64,000 nucleotides of DNA, from NCBI GenBank assembly GCA_050693875.1, contig JBOGWP010000095.1, positions 9,232 to 73,231 on the forward strand, in the 5' to 3' direction. Each line of letters opens with the position of its first letter. Positions within the stretch are counted from its first letter, which is position 1. The stretch is from Actinomycetota bacterium. Lineage in GTDB: Bacteria > Actinomycetota > CADDZG01 > JAHWKV01 > JBOGWP01. Positions 45,440 through 57,392 of this stretch are shown here, piece by piece. The notes beneath the pieces are model-generated. The model was not told the origin of the DNA. It searched no databases and saw only the letters and a list, made by a program, of their open reading frames with translations. Made by a program: the position numbers and the translations under genes.

Positions 45440-47401
45440 GTGGCAGCGACGGAGCGTTCCTGGCGGCCGAGGACCGGCCAGATACCCGACACCCCCGGCG
45501 TCTACCTGTTCCGCGACGCTCGGGGCCGGGTGCTCTACGTCGGCAAGGCGAAGACCCTCCGCCACCGCGTCCCGAGCTACTTCGGCACCCAGGAGCATCC
45601 GAGGGTGGGGGGACTGGTCGGCGAGGCCGCCTCCGTCGAATGGATCGTCACCGCGACCGAGGTCGAGGCCCTCCAACTCGAGGTGACGCTCATCAAGGAG
45701 CACCAGCCGCGCTTCAACGTCCGCTACCGCGACGACAAGTCGTATCCGTATCTCGCGGTCACGCTGAACGAGGAGGTGCCCAGGGCCCTGGTGACCAGAG
45801 GGCGCAAGCGCAAGGGGGTCCGGTACTACGGGCCCTTCGCCCACGCCTATGCCATCCGCGACACCCTGGACCTGCTGCTGCGGGTGTTCCCCATCCGGTC
45901 GTGCAGCCAGGGCGTGTTCGACCGGGCCCGCCGGGCCAACCGACCCTGCCTCCTCTACGACATCGGGCGCTGCTCGGGGCCGTGCGTGGGGGCCGTATCC
46001 GGCGAGGAGCACCGGGAGATCGTGGCCAGATTCTGCGCCTTCATGGACGGCGACCGCGACGCCGTCGTCCGTGACCTCGAGGCGAAGATGCGCGACGCCG
46101 CGGCGGGGCTCGAGTTCGAGCAGGCGGCGAGGCTCCGCGATCGGTTGACCGCGGTGCGGCGGGTGGTGGAGCGCCAGGAGATGGTGACCGAGCGGCCCGA
46201 GGACCTCGATGTGGTCGGGTTCGTGGGCGACGAGCTCGAGGCATCGTTCCAGGTGTTCTTCGTGCGGGCGGGGCGGGTGGTCGGCCGCAAGGGATTCATC
46301 GTCGACCGCGTCGAAGTCCTCTCCGAGCCCGAGCTGCTCGCCTCGTTCCTCGAGAACCTCTACGCCGACGCCGAGAGCGTCCCGCGCGACGTGCTGGTGC
46401 CGATGACCCCGGCGTCGGCCGACGTCATCGAGGTCTGGCTGGCCCAGGCGCGGGGATCGCGGGTGTCGATCCGAGTGCCGCAGCGGGGCGCCAAGCGCCG
46501 GCTGCTCGAAACCGTCACCGCCAACGCCCGCGAGGCGTTCGCGCAGAACCGTCTCAAGCGGGCGGCCGACTTCGCCGCACGCTCGCGGGCGCTGTCGGCG
46601 CTGCAGGACGCCCTCGACCTGCCGGAGGCGCCGCTGCGGATCGAGTGCTTCGACATCTCCAACCTCGGCCCCACCGAGGTGGTGGGCTCGATGGTCGTCT
46701 TCGAGGACGCCATGCCCAAGAAGTCGGACTACCGCAAGTTCAAGATCCGCGCGGTCGAGGGCCAGGACGACGTCGGGTCGATGGGCGAGGTTCTGCGGCG
46801 GCGGCTCTCGCGGTACCTCGGGGAGTGCGAAGTGCCCCGGGAGCGCGCGAGCCGCTTCTCGTACCAGCCCGGGCTGATCGTCCTCGACGGGGGCAAGGGG
46901 CAGCTCAACCGGGTGCTCGAGGTGATGTCCGAGCTGGGGGTGGTGGGCATCCCGGTGGTGGCGCTGGCCAAGCGTTTCGAGGAGGTGTTCGTGCCCGGCG
47001 AGTCCGAGCCGCGTGAGATCCCGCGGGGTTCCGAGGCCCTCTACCTCCTGCAGCGCATCCGCGACGAGGCCCACCGCTTCGCGGTCGGCTATCAGCGCAC
47101 CCGGCGGAGCAAGCGCATGACGGAGAGCCTGCTCGACGCCCTCCCCGGCGTGGGGCCCGTCCGCCGCAAGGCGCTGCTTCGCCACTTCGGATCTGCCCGC
47201 CGCCTGCTCGAGGCGTCCCCCGAGGAGATCGCCGGGGTGCCGGGGATCGGATCGGAGCTGGCCGGCCGCATCCATGAGAGCCTGATTGCGAGGCCCCGGA
47301 CGAACGGGGCGCCCGACCCCGGCCCGGATCGACGCGCCCCCGTACCGGTGCCGGCCCCACCGGGAACCGAGCCGGGATCCGAGCGAGGAGATTCGACGTG
47401 A
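45440..47401 (+). CDS. uvrC: Excinuclease ABC subunit C
   Basis: GIY-YIG (PGVYLFRDARGRVLYVGKAK), a UvrBC domain, an RNaseH-like nuclease region, and a C-terminal HhH. GTG at 45440 is preferred. The ATG at 45347 would sit 7 nt from the divergent pseudogene start. Confidence 0.93.
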   Translation: MAATERSWRPRTGQIPDTPGVYLFRDARGRVLYVGKAKTLRHRVPSYFGTQEHPRVGGLVGEAASVEWIVTATEVEALQLEVTLIKEHQPRFNVRYRDDKSYPYLAVTLNEEVPRALVTRGRKRKGVRYYGPFAHAYAIRDTLDLLLRVFPIRSCSQGVFDRARRANRPCLLYDIGRCSGPCVGAVSGEEHREIVARFCAFMDGDRDAVVRDLEAKMRDAAAGLEFEQAARLRDRLTAVRRVVERQEMVTERPEDLDVVGFVGDELEASFQVFFVRAGRVVGRKGFIVDRVEVLSEPELLASFLENLYADAESVPRDVLVPMTPASADVIEVWLAQARGSRVSIRVPQRGAKRRLLETVTANAREAFAQNRLKRAADFAARSRALSALQDALDLPEAPLRIECFDISNLGPTEVVGSMVVFEDAMPKKSDYRKFKIRAVEGQDDVGSMGEVLRRRLSRYLGECEVPRERASRFSYQPGLIVLDGGKGQLNRVLEVMSELGVVGIPVVALAKRFEEVFVPGESEPREIPRGSEALYLLQRIRDEAHRFAVGYQRTRRSKRMTESLLDALPGVGPVRRKALLRHFGSARRLLEASPEEIAGVPGIGSELAGRIHESLIARPRTNGAPDPGPDRRAPVPVPAPPGTEPGSERGDST

Positions 47402-48282
47402 GCGGCCGTACCCGCAGCGAGCTGCCTCGGTTCACGATCGTGACCGGACTCTCGGGGGCTGGACGCTCCGAAGCCGCGAAGTGCTTCGAAGACCTCGGCT
47501 ACTTCGTAATCGACAACCTGCCGCCGGCGCTGATCGGGCGGATGGCGAGTCTGGTGTCGGGGCCGGGCAGCAAGGTGAAGCAGGTTGCCCTCGTGGTCGA
47601 CGTGCGCGGGGGCGAGTTCTTTCCCGAGCTGCAGAAGGCCCTCGACGAGCTGGGGGAGCGCGGCATCGCCCACCGGATCGTGTTCCTCGAGGCCTCGGAC
47701 GAGGCCCTCGTGCGCCGCTTCGAGGCGACACGGCGGCGGCACCCTCTTGCCGAGGCCGACCGGGTGACGCAGGCGATCGCTGCCGAGCGCGAGCTGATGT
47801 CGGGCCTGCGGGCGACCGCCGACGTGGTGATCGACACCACCGAGCTGAACGTCCACGAGCTGCGCGACAAGGTCAAGTCGTTCTTTGCAGAGGCGGCCCC
47901 ACGCACCGGGCTGGCCGTCAACGTGATCTCCTTCGGATACAAGCACGGCCTGCCGCTCGACGCCGACCTCGTGCTCGACTGCCGCTTCCTCCCGAATCCG
48001 CACTGGGTAGAGGAGCTGCGGCCCTTCCCGGGAACGCATCGCAAGGTGCGCGGCTACGTCCTGGGGTCGGAGGGGACGGGCGAGTTCCTGACCAAGGTCA
48101 AGGATCTCCTCGGCTTCCTGCTCCCCGGGTATCTGAAGGAAGGCCGCCACTACCTGACGATCGCGGTGGGCTGCACCGGCGGCAAGCACCGCTCGGTCGT
48201 GATCGCCGACGAGATCGGGCGGTTTCTCCAGGAGCGCGGGCTACCCTCGACCGTCGTGCACCGCGACGTCGAGCGCGAGTAG
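47398..48282 (+). CDS. rapZ: RNase adapter protein RapZ (YvcJ)
   Basis: FTIVTGLSGAGRSEAAKCFEDLGYFVIDNLPP... GTG overlaps the uvrC stop (GTGA). Confidence 0.9.
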   Translation: MSGRTRSELPRFTIVTGLSGAGRSEAAKCFEDLGYFVIDNLPPALIGRMASLVSGPGSKVKQVALVVDVRGGEFFPELQKALDELGERGIAHRIVFLEASDEALVRRFEATRRRHPLAEADRVTQAIAAERELMSGLRATADVVIDTTELNVHELRDKVKSFFAEAAPRTGLAVNVISFGYKHGLPLDADLVLDCRFLPNPHWVEELRPFPGTHRKVRGYVLGSEGTGEFLTKVKDLLGFLLPGYLKEGRHYLTIAVGCTGGKHRSVVIADEIGRFLQERGLPSTVVHRDVERE

Positions 48283-48290
48283 GGATCTCG

Positions 48291-49028
48291 CTATTCGGCG
48301 TTCCTCCAGAGGCCGAAGGCCATCCCCTGAGGGTCGAGGAGCTGGGCGAACTCGACCCCGGCGAGCGTGGTGGGGGGCACGAGCGCCTTCCCACCCAGCG
48401 ACTCCGCCGTGTCGAGGCGAGCCTGGAGGTCAGCGACCTCGGCGTAGAGCGTGACGTGTGGCTGGCCGTCGGGGCTGCTCCCGATGCCACCCCCGATGCC
48501 CCCTTGCTCCGGTTCGACCTGGTAGTACTCGAAGCCTCCGGGCGCGTCGCTCGCCGTCGGCGTCCAGCCGAACTGCTCCTCGTAGAATTTGGCCAGGCCG
48601 CTCGGGTTCGGCCCGAGGACCTCGAACCACGAGACCGGTGCGCCGCTGCCTTCCGACACGCCGGGTCCTTGCTGGTTCGGGTCGCTGCCCACCAGGCCGA
48701 TCTTGTTCCCGGCGGGGTCGGCAAAGTGAGCGAAGCTGACGATCCCGGGAATGTACGTGGGTGGGACGATGGTCTTCCCGCCGGCAGCCTCGATCTTGTC
48801 GAGGGCCGCCTGGAGGTCCGCCACCTCGATGTAGAAAGTGACGTACGGCTCTCCCTGCTGCACGGTTCCGATCCCGCCGTTGATGCCGCTCCCCGAGTGG
48901 GTGTCGATGGTGGCGTAGCCCAACTCGGGCACCCGCTGCAGGTGCCAGTCGAACAGCTCGTGGTAGAAGCCCTCGAGCGCGGCTCCGTCGGTACCGATCA
49001 CCTCGAAGTGCACGACCTGATTGCTCAT
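48291..49028 (-). CDS. VOC (glyoxalase/bleomycin-resistance) family protein, two tandem VOC domains
   Basis: Duplicated module FEVIGTDGAALEGFYHELFDW... / FEVLGPNPSGLAKFYEEQFGW... . Confidence 0.7.
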   Translation of the reverse strand: MSNQVVHFEVIGTDGAALEGFYHELFDWHLQRVPELGYATIDTHSGSGINGGIGTVQQGEPYVTFYIEVADLQAALDKIEAAGGKTIVPPTYIPGIVSFAHFADPAGNKIGLVGSDPNQQGPGVSEGSGAPVSWFEVLGPNPSGLAKFYEEQFGWTPTASDAPGGFEYYQVEPEQGGIGGGIGSSPDGQPHVTLYAEVADLQARLDTAESLGGKALVPPTTLAGVEFAQLLDPQGMAFGLWRNAE

Positions 49029-49044
49029 ACCTCACCTCCTGTAG

Positions 49045-50208
<1,164 letters not shown>

Positions 50209-50210
50209 CA

Positions 50211-51410
50211 GTGCCGCTTCCCTCCCTCGACGATCTGGAGGTCTCGGGCCGGCGGGTCCTGCTGCGATGCGACCTCAACGTCCCCCTCAAGGACGGGACG
50301 GTCGCCGACGACAACCGCATCCGGGCCTCGCTCCCGACCATCCGCGCCCTCCTGGAGCGCGGGGCCACGGTGATCTGCTGCTCGCACCTGGGGCGCCCGA
50401 AGGGCAAGCCGACGCCGGAGCTGTCGCTTGCCCCGGTGGCGGAAGCCCTGGGTGAAGTCCTGGGCATGACGGTCCGCAAGACCGAGGCTCCCGACGGCCC
50501 TCCCGAGGACCTCGGGGGGCTGCCGGCGGACGAGCTGGGACTTCTCGAGAACCTTCGCTTCGACCCGGGGGAGGAGGCGAACGACGATCGGTTCGCCAAG
50601 CGCCTCGCCGGCCTGGCAGATGCCTACGTCAACGACGCCTTCGGCGCGGTGCACCGGGCGCACGCCTCGGTCGCAGCGGTCGCCGGGCTGCTCCCGCATG
50701 CCGCGGGGCTGCTGCTCCAGCGCGAGGTCGAGGTGCTCTCGCGGCTCCTGGAGAAGCCGGAGCGGCCCTACGTGGTCGTGCTGGGCGGCGCGAAGGTCTC
50801 GGACAAGATCGGAGTGGTGCGCAATCTGCTCTCTCGTGCGGATGCCATCCTGATCGGTGGGGCGATGGCCAACACCTTCCTCGCCGCCCGCGGGGTCGAC
50901 GTCGGAGCGTCCAGGATCGAGGCCGACCGCGTCGACGAGGTTGCGGAGACGCTCCGGAGCGCCGCGGAGGCCGGGGTGGAGGTGGTGCTTCCCGAAGACC
51001 TCGTCGTGGCCGACTCGTTCTCCGAAGATTCCTCGGCCAGCCTGGTCTCGATCGACGAGGTGCCCAAGGAGGCGATGGCACTGGACGTGGGGCCCGCCAC
51101 CGCGGGCCGGTTCGCCGACCATGTCGCCGGCGCGGGGACGGTGCTGTGGAACGGGCCGATGGGCGTCTTCGAGTGGGACTCGTTTGCGGCCGGCACGAGG
51201 ACGGTGGCCGAGGCCGTGGCCGAGTCGAAGGGGTTTACGGTCGTCGGCGGGGGCGACTCGGCGGCGGCCCTCGCCGCATTCGGCCTCACCGAGCAGGTCT
51301 CCCACCTCTCGACCGGCGGCGGTGCCTCGCTCGAGTACCTGGAGGGCAAGGAGCTCCCCGGCCTGGCCGCGCTCCGTCGGGGGAGTCCCCCCGAAGGCCC
51401 CCCGGTTTGA
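50211..51410 (+). CDS. pgk: Phosphoglycerate kinase
   Basis: GTG start 3 nt after the gap stop. RCDLNVPLKDG...ICCSHLGRPKG...GGGASLEYLEGK. Confidence 0.95.
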   Translation: MPLPSLDDLEVSGRRVLLRCDLNVPLKDGTVADDNRIRASLPTIRALLERGATVICCSHLGRPKGKPTPELSLAPVAEALGEVLGMTVRKTEAPDGPPEDLGGLPADELGLLENLRFDPGEEANDDRFAKRLAGLADAYVNDAFGAVHRAHASVAAVAGLLPHAAGLLLQREVEVLSRLLEKPERPYVVVLGGAKVSDKIGVVRNLLSRADAILIGGAMANTFLAARGVDVGASRIEADRVDEVAETLRSAAEAGVEVVLPEDLVVADSFSEDSSASLVSIDEVPKEAMALDVGPATAGRFADHVAGAGTVLWNGPMGVFEWDSFAAGTRTVAEAVAESKGFTVVGGGDSAAALAAFGLTEQVSHLSTGGGASLEYLEGKELPGLAALRRGSPPEGPPV

Positions 51411-51437
51411 TGCATTCATGTGACCCGTGACGTGCCC

Positions 51438-52202
51438 ATGAGACGACCGATCGTCGCCGCCAATTGGAAGATGCACAAGACGCATCTCGAGGGGATGCGT
51501 TTCGTCGAGGACGTGCGCGGCCGTCTCTCGGATCGCGACTACGACCGGGTGGAGATCGTCCTCTGCCCACCGTTCACCGCTCTCCGCACCGTGGTCACCA
51601 CCGTCAACGGGGCCGATCTCGACATCGCCGTCGGTGCACAGGACATGCACTGGGAGGAGTCCGGCGCGTACACCGGCGAGATCTCGCCGGGAATGCTGAC
51701 GAAGCTCGGCGTGACCTACGTGATCATCGGCCACTCGGAACGGAGGGAGTATTTCGGCGAGACGGACCAGTCGGTGAACCGCAAGGTGCAGGCGGCACTG
51801 GCGCACGGCCTGCTGCCGATCATATGCGTGGGCGAGACGCTCGACGAGCGCGAGGCGGGGAAGACGGAGTCGAAGGTCGACGGGCAGGTTCGGGCGGGGC
51901 TGGCCGGGGTGAAGCCGCCCGAGATCGCAAGACTCGTGATCGCCTACGAACCGATCTGGGCGATAGGAACCGGCAGGAACGCCACCCCCGAGGACGCCCA
52001 GGCGGTGATCTCGCTGATCCGCAACGTGGTGCGCGAATCTGCCGGCGACGCGGCCGACGAGATGCGGATCCAATACGGCGGCAGCGTCAAGGCCGGCAAC
52101 ATGGCGCCAGTCATGGAGCAGCCCGACGTCGACGGCGCTTTGGTGGGCGGGGCGAGTCTCGACCCCGAAGAGTTCGCTCGTATCGTGCGATACGGCCGCT
52201 GA
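51438..52202 (+). CDS. tpiA: Triose-phosphate isomerase
   Basis: MRRPIVAANWKMH...IIGHSERR...AYEPIWAIGTG. An alternative GTG lies at 51420. Confidence 0.95.
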   Translation: MRRPIVAANWKMHKTHLEGMRFVEDVRGRLSDRDYDRVEIVLCPPFTALRTVVTTVNGADLDIAVGAQDMHWEESGAYTGEISPGMLTKLGVTYVIIGHSERREYFGETDQSVNRKVQAALAHGLLPIICVGETLDEREAGKTESKVDGQVRAGLAGVKPPEIARLVIAYEPIWAIGTGRNATPEDAQAVISLIRNVVRESAGDAADEMRIQYGGSVKAGNMAPVMEQPDVDGALVGGASLDPEEFARIVRYGR

Positions 52203-52281
52203 GGCGGCTGGCACGGGCGATCGCCCATGTCGCAAACGCTGCAGTGTTACACTTTCTGAGGTTTTTGTTCACCAGCGGAGG

Positions 52282-52515
52282 TTGGAAATCACCGCCGTTC
52301 TCGTTGGGCTCCACATCATCGCGGCCCTTTTGCTGATCACGTTCATCCTCCTGCACGCCGGTCGAGGCGGTGGGCTGTCTGAGATGTTCGGCGGCGGTAT
52401 GGGCGGGGGTCTCTCCGGATCGACCATCGTCGAGAAGAATCTCGACCGCATCACGATCGTCTGCGCTGTCGTCTTCACGATCACGACGATTCTGCTTGCG
52501 CTGCGACTGAAGTAG
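52282..52515 (+). CDS. secG: Preprotein translocase subunit SecG
   Basis: 77 aa with two TM and a Gly-rich loop (GRGGGLSEMFGGGMGGGLSG). TTG start next to GGAGG. Confidence 0.8.
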   Translation: MEITAVLVGLHIIAALLLITFILLHAGRGGGLSEMFGGGMGGGLSGSTIVEKNLDRITIVCAVVFTITTILLALRLK

Positions 52516-52635
52516 GAATGGCGATCCACACAAGAAAGCCTTGACGGGGGCTGAGGAGAGGAGGATGGCCGCGCGCCTTTACGAGCAGGTCTTTCTGCTT
52601 TCGGGAACCGTGGTCTTCATCGTGGAGGTGTTGCC

Positions 52636-54297
52636 GTGAACAGGTCCAAGGGCGCGATCCTGGGGGCATTCGTCACGTCGCTGGTGCTCATCGCCGCTGG
52701 GTGCCAGCGGACCACAACGGGCGGCGGCGGAACCGCCGGGGAGCTCAAAGCGGGCGGGCAGATCGCCTACGCGCAGGATCAGGAGCAGACCGGCTTCAAC
52801 AACCTCACCTCCAAGGACAACCTGCTGGAGCTGCGCAACATCATGCGCCAGGTGTGGCCGTACGCCTACATCACCAAGCCCGACTTCACGCTGGAGCCCT
52901 ACGTGCTCGACGGCCCGGCCAAAGTGCTTTCGCAAGATCCCTTCACCGTCGAGTGGAAGATCAAGAAGGACGCCAGTTGGGAGGATGGAACCCCGATCTC
53001 GTCCGATGACTTCGAGTACAACTACAACATGTGCAGCGGCAAGGATGCGAAAGCCGACTGTGCGAGCACCAGCGGGTACGACCTCATCACCAAGTTCGAG
53101 AAGGTCGACGGCAAGACCGTGCGCGCCACGTTCGCGGAGCCGTATGCCGAGTTCGAGGGGCTGTTCGGCGACCCGATGCCGCCGGTGCATATCGCGAAGC
53201 AGCGCAACGCGAATCTGACCGAGGCCTGGAACACGGGCTTCGACAGCGATCCCGGGATCTCCGGCGGACCCTACAAGGTGAAAGAGTGGGTGAGGGGCGA
53301 CCACACCACCCTGGTCCGCAACGACAAGTTCTGGGGCGAGAAGCCGCGGCTCGACACGATCATCTTCCGGGCGATTCCCGACGTCGCCACCCACACCGAC
53401 GCGTTGCGCAACGATGAGGTGCAGCTCATCTACCCGGACCCGCTGGTCGACGTGGTGCAGCAGATTCAGGCCATTCCCGGCGTGACGATGGACGTCAACT
53501 TTGGGCCCACCTGGGAGCACATCGACTTCAACTTCAAGAACGAGCTGCTGGCGATCAAGGAGGTTCGCCAGGCAATCACCTACGGGATCGATCGGGACGC
53601 GATCGTCAACGCCCTCATGAAGCCCATCTCGCCGAGGGCGAAGCGACTCGACAACCGGATCTTCGTGAACGGCCAGAAGGGCTACGAGGCCCACGGCAAG
53701 GAGTACGCCAAGCGAGACGTGGCCAAGGCGACTGCGGCGATGGAGAAGGCCGGCTTCAAGAAGGGTGCCGACGGCGTCTACGCCAAGGACGGCAAGCGGG
53801 CGTCGTTCCGGATCCGCTACAAGCAGCCGAACCCCCAGCGCGAGCAGCTCTCCCAACTGGTCCAGAACCAGCTCAAGGAAGCCGGGATCGAGATCAAGAT
53901 CGACCCGTACGGCGACCCCCTTTCGACCGGCAAGGTGGGCAGCCAGGGCGACTTCGACCTGCTGCTGTTCGCCTGGGTAGGCACGCCGTTCCCCGCCTCG
54001 GGGCTCCACCAGATCTTCACGACCGGCAGTGACTCGAACTTCGGGCAGTACGGCAACCCGGGGGTCGACCGCCTCAGCAGGTTGTCGGGAGCGGAGGTCG
54101 ACCAGGATAAGCGCTTCGCCATGCTGAACGAGGTCGACCAGGCGATGTGGGAGGATCTGCCCAACATTCCCATCTTCCAGCGGCCCGTTGGCATCCTTGC
54201 CTACTCCAACAAATACGCCAACATCAAGGACAACACCACTTCCGAGGGGATCTTCTGGAACTCCCCGGAGTGGGGGTTGAAGGCGACCGCATCCTAA
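52636..54297 (+). CDS. ABC transporter substrate-binding lipoprotein, family 5 (peptide/nickel type)
   Basis: Lipobox LIAAGC, 553 aa. GTG start with GGAGGTG upstream. Confidence 0.85.
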   Translation: MNRSKGAILGAFVTSLVLIAAGCQRTTTGGGGTAGELKAGGQIAYAQDQEQTGFNNLTSKDNLLELRNIMRQVWPYAYITKPDFTLEPYVLDGPAKVLSQDPFTVEWKIKKDASWEDGTPISSDDFEYNYNMCSGKDAKADCASTSGYDLITKFEKVDGKTVRATFAEPYAEFEGLFGDPMPPVHIAKQRNANLTEAWNTGFDSDPGISGGPYKVKEWVRGDHTTLVRNDKFWGEKPRLDTIIFRAIPDVATHTDALRNDEVQLIYPDPLVDVVQQIQAIPGVTMDVNFGPTWEHIDFNFKNELLAIKEVRQAITYGIDRDAIVNALMKPISPRAKRLDNRIFVNGQKGYEAHGKEYAKRDVAKATAAMEKAGFKKGADGVYAKDGKRASFRIRYKQPNPQREQLSQLVQNQLKEAGIEIKIDPYGDPLSTGKVGSQGDFDLLLFAWVGTPFPASGLHQIFTTGSDSNFGQYGNPGVDRLSRLSGAEVDQDKRFAMLNEVDQAMWEDLPNIPIFQRPVGILAYSNKYANIKDNTTSEGIFWNSPEWGLKATAS

Positions 54298-54395
54298 CGC
54301 CGGGCGCCGGAGCCTCCTGAGGAGGACGCCATGCGCATCCCGGGGGCCGGTCGAGGCCCCCGGGCCCGCGTCGGGCCTACCATCTAGGAAGGCGG

Positions 54396-55373
54396 ATGGT
54401 CACCTTCGTGCTTCGCAGGCTGGCGATCTCGATCCCGATCGTCGTCGTGTCGAGCTTCGTGGTCTTCATGCTCGTGGCGACGACGACCGATCCCATCGGC
54501 GACCTTCGGCTCCGGCCCGGGATCTCGCAGCAGGTGATCAAGCTGCGGGAGCGCCAGCTGAACCTCGACAAGCCGGCAATCGTCCGGTACGGGATCTGGG
54601 TGAAGGGAATCGTCCGCGGCGACCTCGGTCGGTCGTCGGGCACCAACGAGCCGGTCGGCGAGCGGATCAAGCGGCACCTCGCCGTCACCCTGCGGTTGGT
54701 GGTGGCCGCATCAGTGCTGGGGGCGATCATTGCCGCCGCCGTCGGTGTCGTGCAGGCGATGCGGCAGTACAGCAGCTTCGACTATGCCGGTACGTTCTTG
54801 GCCTTCCTCTTCTTCTCCATGCCGGTCTTCTGGCTCGCCGCGGTGCTGAAGGATCTGGGCATCCGCGTGAATCAGTGGCTGGGACAGCTTGTCTTCTTCA
54901 CCGTGGGTGAGCAGTCGCCGAATCTGGTGGGGTCGACGCTGGGCATCTGGGCCGACCGCCTCGGACACCTGCTGCTGCCGAGCATCACCCTCATCCTCAT
55001 CAACGTCGCCGGGTGGAGCCGGTACCAGCGCGGGAGCATGCTCGAGGTGCTCAGCGCCGACTACCTGCGAACTGCACGCGCCAAGGGCCTGCCCAAACGC
55101 GCCGTCGTCTTCCGCCACGCGCTTCGCAACGCCCTGATCCCGCTCACGACAATCATTGCGATCGACTTTGCAGGGATCATCGGCGGCGCGGTGATCACCG
55201 AGACCGTGTACGGCTGGTCGGGAATGGGCCGGCTGTTGGTGGACTCCCTTCGGATCGGCGACGTCAACGTGGTGCAGGCCTGGCTCCTCGTTACGGCGGT
55301 CATGGTCGTGGTGTTCAACCTGATCGCCGACGTGCTGTACGGATACCTGGACCCGAGGATCCGCTATGCGTGA
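54396..55373 (+). CDS. ABC transporter permease (DppB/OppB-type)
   Basis: Six TM and an EAA-like loop (LRTARAKGLPKRAVVFRHALRNALIP). Confidence 0.9.
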   Translation: MVTFVLRRLAISIPIVVVSSFVVFMLVATTTDPIGDLRLRPGISQQVIKLRERQLNLDKPAIVRYGIWVKGIVRGDLGRSSGTNEPVGERIKRHLAVTLRLVVAASVLGAIIAAAVGVVQAMRQYSSFDYAGTFLAFLFFSMPVFWLAAVLKDLGIRVNQWLGQLVFFTVGEQSPNLVGSTLGIWADRLGHLLLPSITLILINVAGWSRYQRGSMLEVLSADYLRTARAKGLPKRAVVFRHALRNALIPLTTIIAIDFAGIIGGAVITETVYGWSGMGRLLVDSLRIGDVNVVQAWLLVTAVMVVVFNLIADVLYGYLDPRIRYA

Positions 55374-56304
55374 ACAAGCTGCGGCCCCGATCGGACTCCC
55401 GGCGGCGCAGGCCCAAGGGGAGCTGGAGGAGCTGGTCGGCGAAGCTCGGGCGCAATGGCAGCTCATCCTCGGACGATTCCTCCATCATCGCCTCGCCATG
55501 GCAAGCTTGCTCGTGCTGGTCGTTCTGTTCGGGATGGCGTTCTTCGGTCAGAGCATCGCCCCCTACCGGTACGACCATCTCGACCCGACCGCGCTCTCGG
55601 AGCCGCCCTCGCTGAAGCACTACTTCGGGACCGACTCGATCGGCCACGACACCTTTGCGCAGGTGCTGCGCGGAGCGCGGCGGTCGATCATCGTCGCCCT
55701 GCTCGTCTCCCTGCTCTCGACGGCGATCGGCACCACCATCGGCGCGCTGGCCGGCTATTTCCGGGGCTGGCTCGACGCGGCGCTCATGCGGCTCACCGAT
55801 CTGTTCCTCACGATTCCTGCACTCGCGCTGCTCCTGGTCGTCGCGGCGAAATTCCGCGGCCAGAACGGCAACTGGATCGCGATTGCGCTCCTGATCGCGG
55901 CGTTCTTCTGGATGGGCCTCGCCCGGGTGGTGCGCGGGGTCTTCCTCTCGCTGCGCGAGCGGGAGTTCGTCGAGGCGGCGCGGGCTGCCGGCGCGTCCGA
56001 CGCCCGGATCATCGTGCGGCACCTCGTTCCCAACAGCCTCGGGCCGATCATCGTGGGCGCCACCCTCGTGGTGGCGCAAGGAATCCTCACCGAGACCGCG
56101 CTCTCGTTCCTGGGATTTGGCATTGCGCCGCCGGATACCTCGCTGGGCCGGCTGGTAGCGGAGGGCGTCACCGCCGCCCAGACCCGGCCCTGGCTCTTCT
56201 ACATGCCGGGCCTGTTCCTGATGATGATCGCCCTCGCGGTCAACTTCATCGGCGATGGACTACGCGACGCCTTCGACCCGAAGCAGACCAGGGTTCGAGC
56301 GTGA
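55366..56304 (+). CDS. ABC transporter permease (DppC/OppC-type)
   Basis: ATG overlaps the upstream stop. ...REREFVEAARAAGASDARIIVRHLVPNSLGPIIV. Confidence 0.9.
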   Translation: MREQAAAPIGLPAAQAQGELEELVGEARAQWQLILGRFLHHRLAMASLLVLVVLFGMAFFGQSIAPYRYDHLDPTALSEPPSLKHYFGTDSIGHDTFAQVLRGARRSIIVALLVSLLSTAIGTTIGALAGYFRGWLDAALMRLTDLFLTIPALALLLVVAAKFRGQNGNWIAIALLIAAFFWMGLARVVRGVFLSLREREFVEAARAAGASDARIIVRHLVPNSLGPIIVGATLVVAQGILTETALSFLGFGIAPPDTSLGRLVAEGVTAAQTRPWLFYMPGLFLMMIALAVNFIGDGLRDAFDPKQTRVRA

Positions 56305-57392
56305 CCGGGGTCCAGCCGGAGGCTCGCAGCCCCTTGCTCGAGGTGCTTGACCTGCGGGTCCAGTTCGGCACCGACGACGGCGTGGTCAAGGCGGTCGACG
56401 GGGTCAGCTTCGAGGTCTTTCCCAACGAGGTCTTCGCCATCGTCGGTGAGTCGGGGTGCGGGAAGACGGTGACGGCGCTGTCGATTCTCAACCTGGTCCC
56501 GCGGCCGCACGGGCGGATCGTCTCGGGCGAGATCCGCTTCAAGGGTCAGGATCTGCGGAAACTGGAGGAGGATGCCCTCCGTCGCCTGCGCGGGAACCGG
56601 ATCGCGATGATCTTCCAGGACCCCCTCACCGCCCTCAACCCGGTGTTCACCGTGGGCGATCAGATCGCCGAGGTGTTCCGCGTGCACAAGAAGACGCCGA
56701 AACGCGAGGCCTGGGAGCGGGCGGTGTCCCTCCTCGACCTGGTCGGGATCCCGCGGCCGGAGCAGCGCTCCCGCGACTACCCCCACCAGTTCTCGGGCGG
56801 GATGCGCCAGCGTGCGATGATCGCCATGGCGGTTGCCCTCGACCCGGATCTGATCATCGCCGACGAGCCCACGACCGCACTCGACGTGACCATTCAGGCC
56901 CAGATCCTCGACGTGCTCCTCAGGGTGAAGGACGAGTTCAACGCCGCCATCCTGCTGATCACCCACGATCTCGGGGTCGTCGCCGGCGTCGCCGACTCGG
57001 TGATGGTCATGTACGCGGGGCACGTGGCCGAGATGGGGAGCTGCGACGACATCTACTTCGAGGCCAAGCACCCCTACACCTGGGGGTTGATGACCTCGAT
57101 CACTCGGCTCGACCTGGAGCGCAAGGAGCGCCTGCTGCCCATCGGGGGAGCCCCGCCGTCGCTCATCCATCCTCCGTCGGGCTGCCCCTTCCACCCGCGT
57201 TGCCGGTTCCTCCAGCCGGTCTGCTCCGAGGGGTATCCGGATCTGCGGCCGGTCGGCGCGGCGGGCCACGTTGCCTCCTGCCACTTCGCTCAGGGGCCCG
57301 ACTGGCGCCCGCCGGCCGAGCTTGTGGCGGAGAAGGTCGCGGCGCCAGACCCTGCGGAGGCCCCCGCCGTCGACGAGGCATCGGCGGGCTGA
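56301..57392 (+). CDS. ABC transporter ATP-binding protein (DppD/OppD-type)
   Basis: GTG overlaps the upstream stop (GTGA). Walker A (GESGCGKT), signature (FSGGMRQR), and a C-terminal oligopeptide-ATPase extension. Confidence 0.9.
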   Translation: MTGVQPEARSPLLEVLDLRVQFGTDDGVVKAVDGVSFEVFPNEVFAIVGESGCGKTVTALSILNLVPRPHGRIVSGEIRFKGQDLRKLEEDALRRLRGNRIAMIFQDPLTALNPVFTVGDQIAEVFRVHKKTPKREAWERAVSLLDLVGIPRPEQRSRDYPHQFSGGMRQRAMIAMAVALDPDLIIADEPTTALDVTIQAQILDVLLRVKDEFNAAILLITHDLGVVAGVADSVMVMYAGHVAEMGSCDDIYFEAKHPYTWGLMTSITRLDLERKERLLPIGGAPPSLIHPPSGCPFHPRCRFLQPVCSEGYPDLRPVGAAGHVASCHFAQGPDWRPPAELVAEKVAAPDPAEAPAVDEASAG

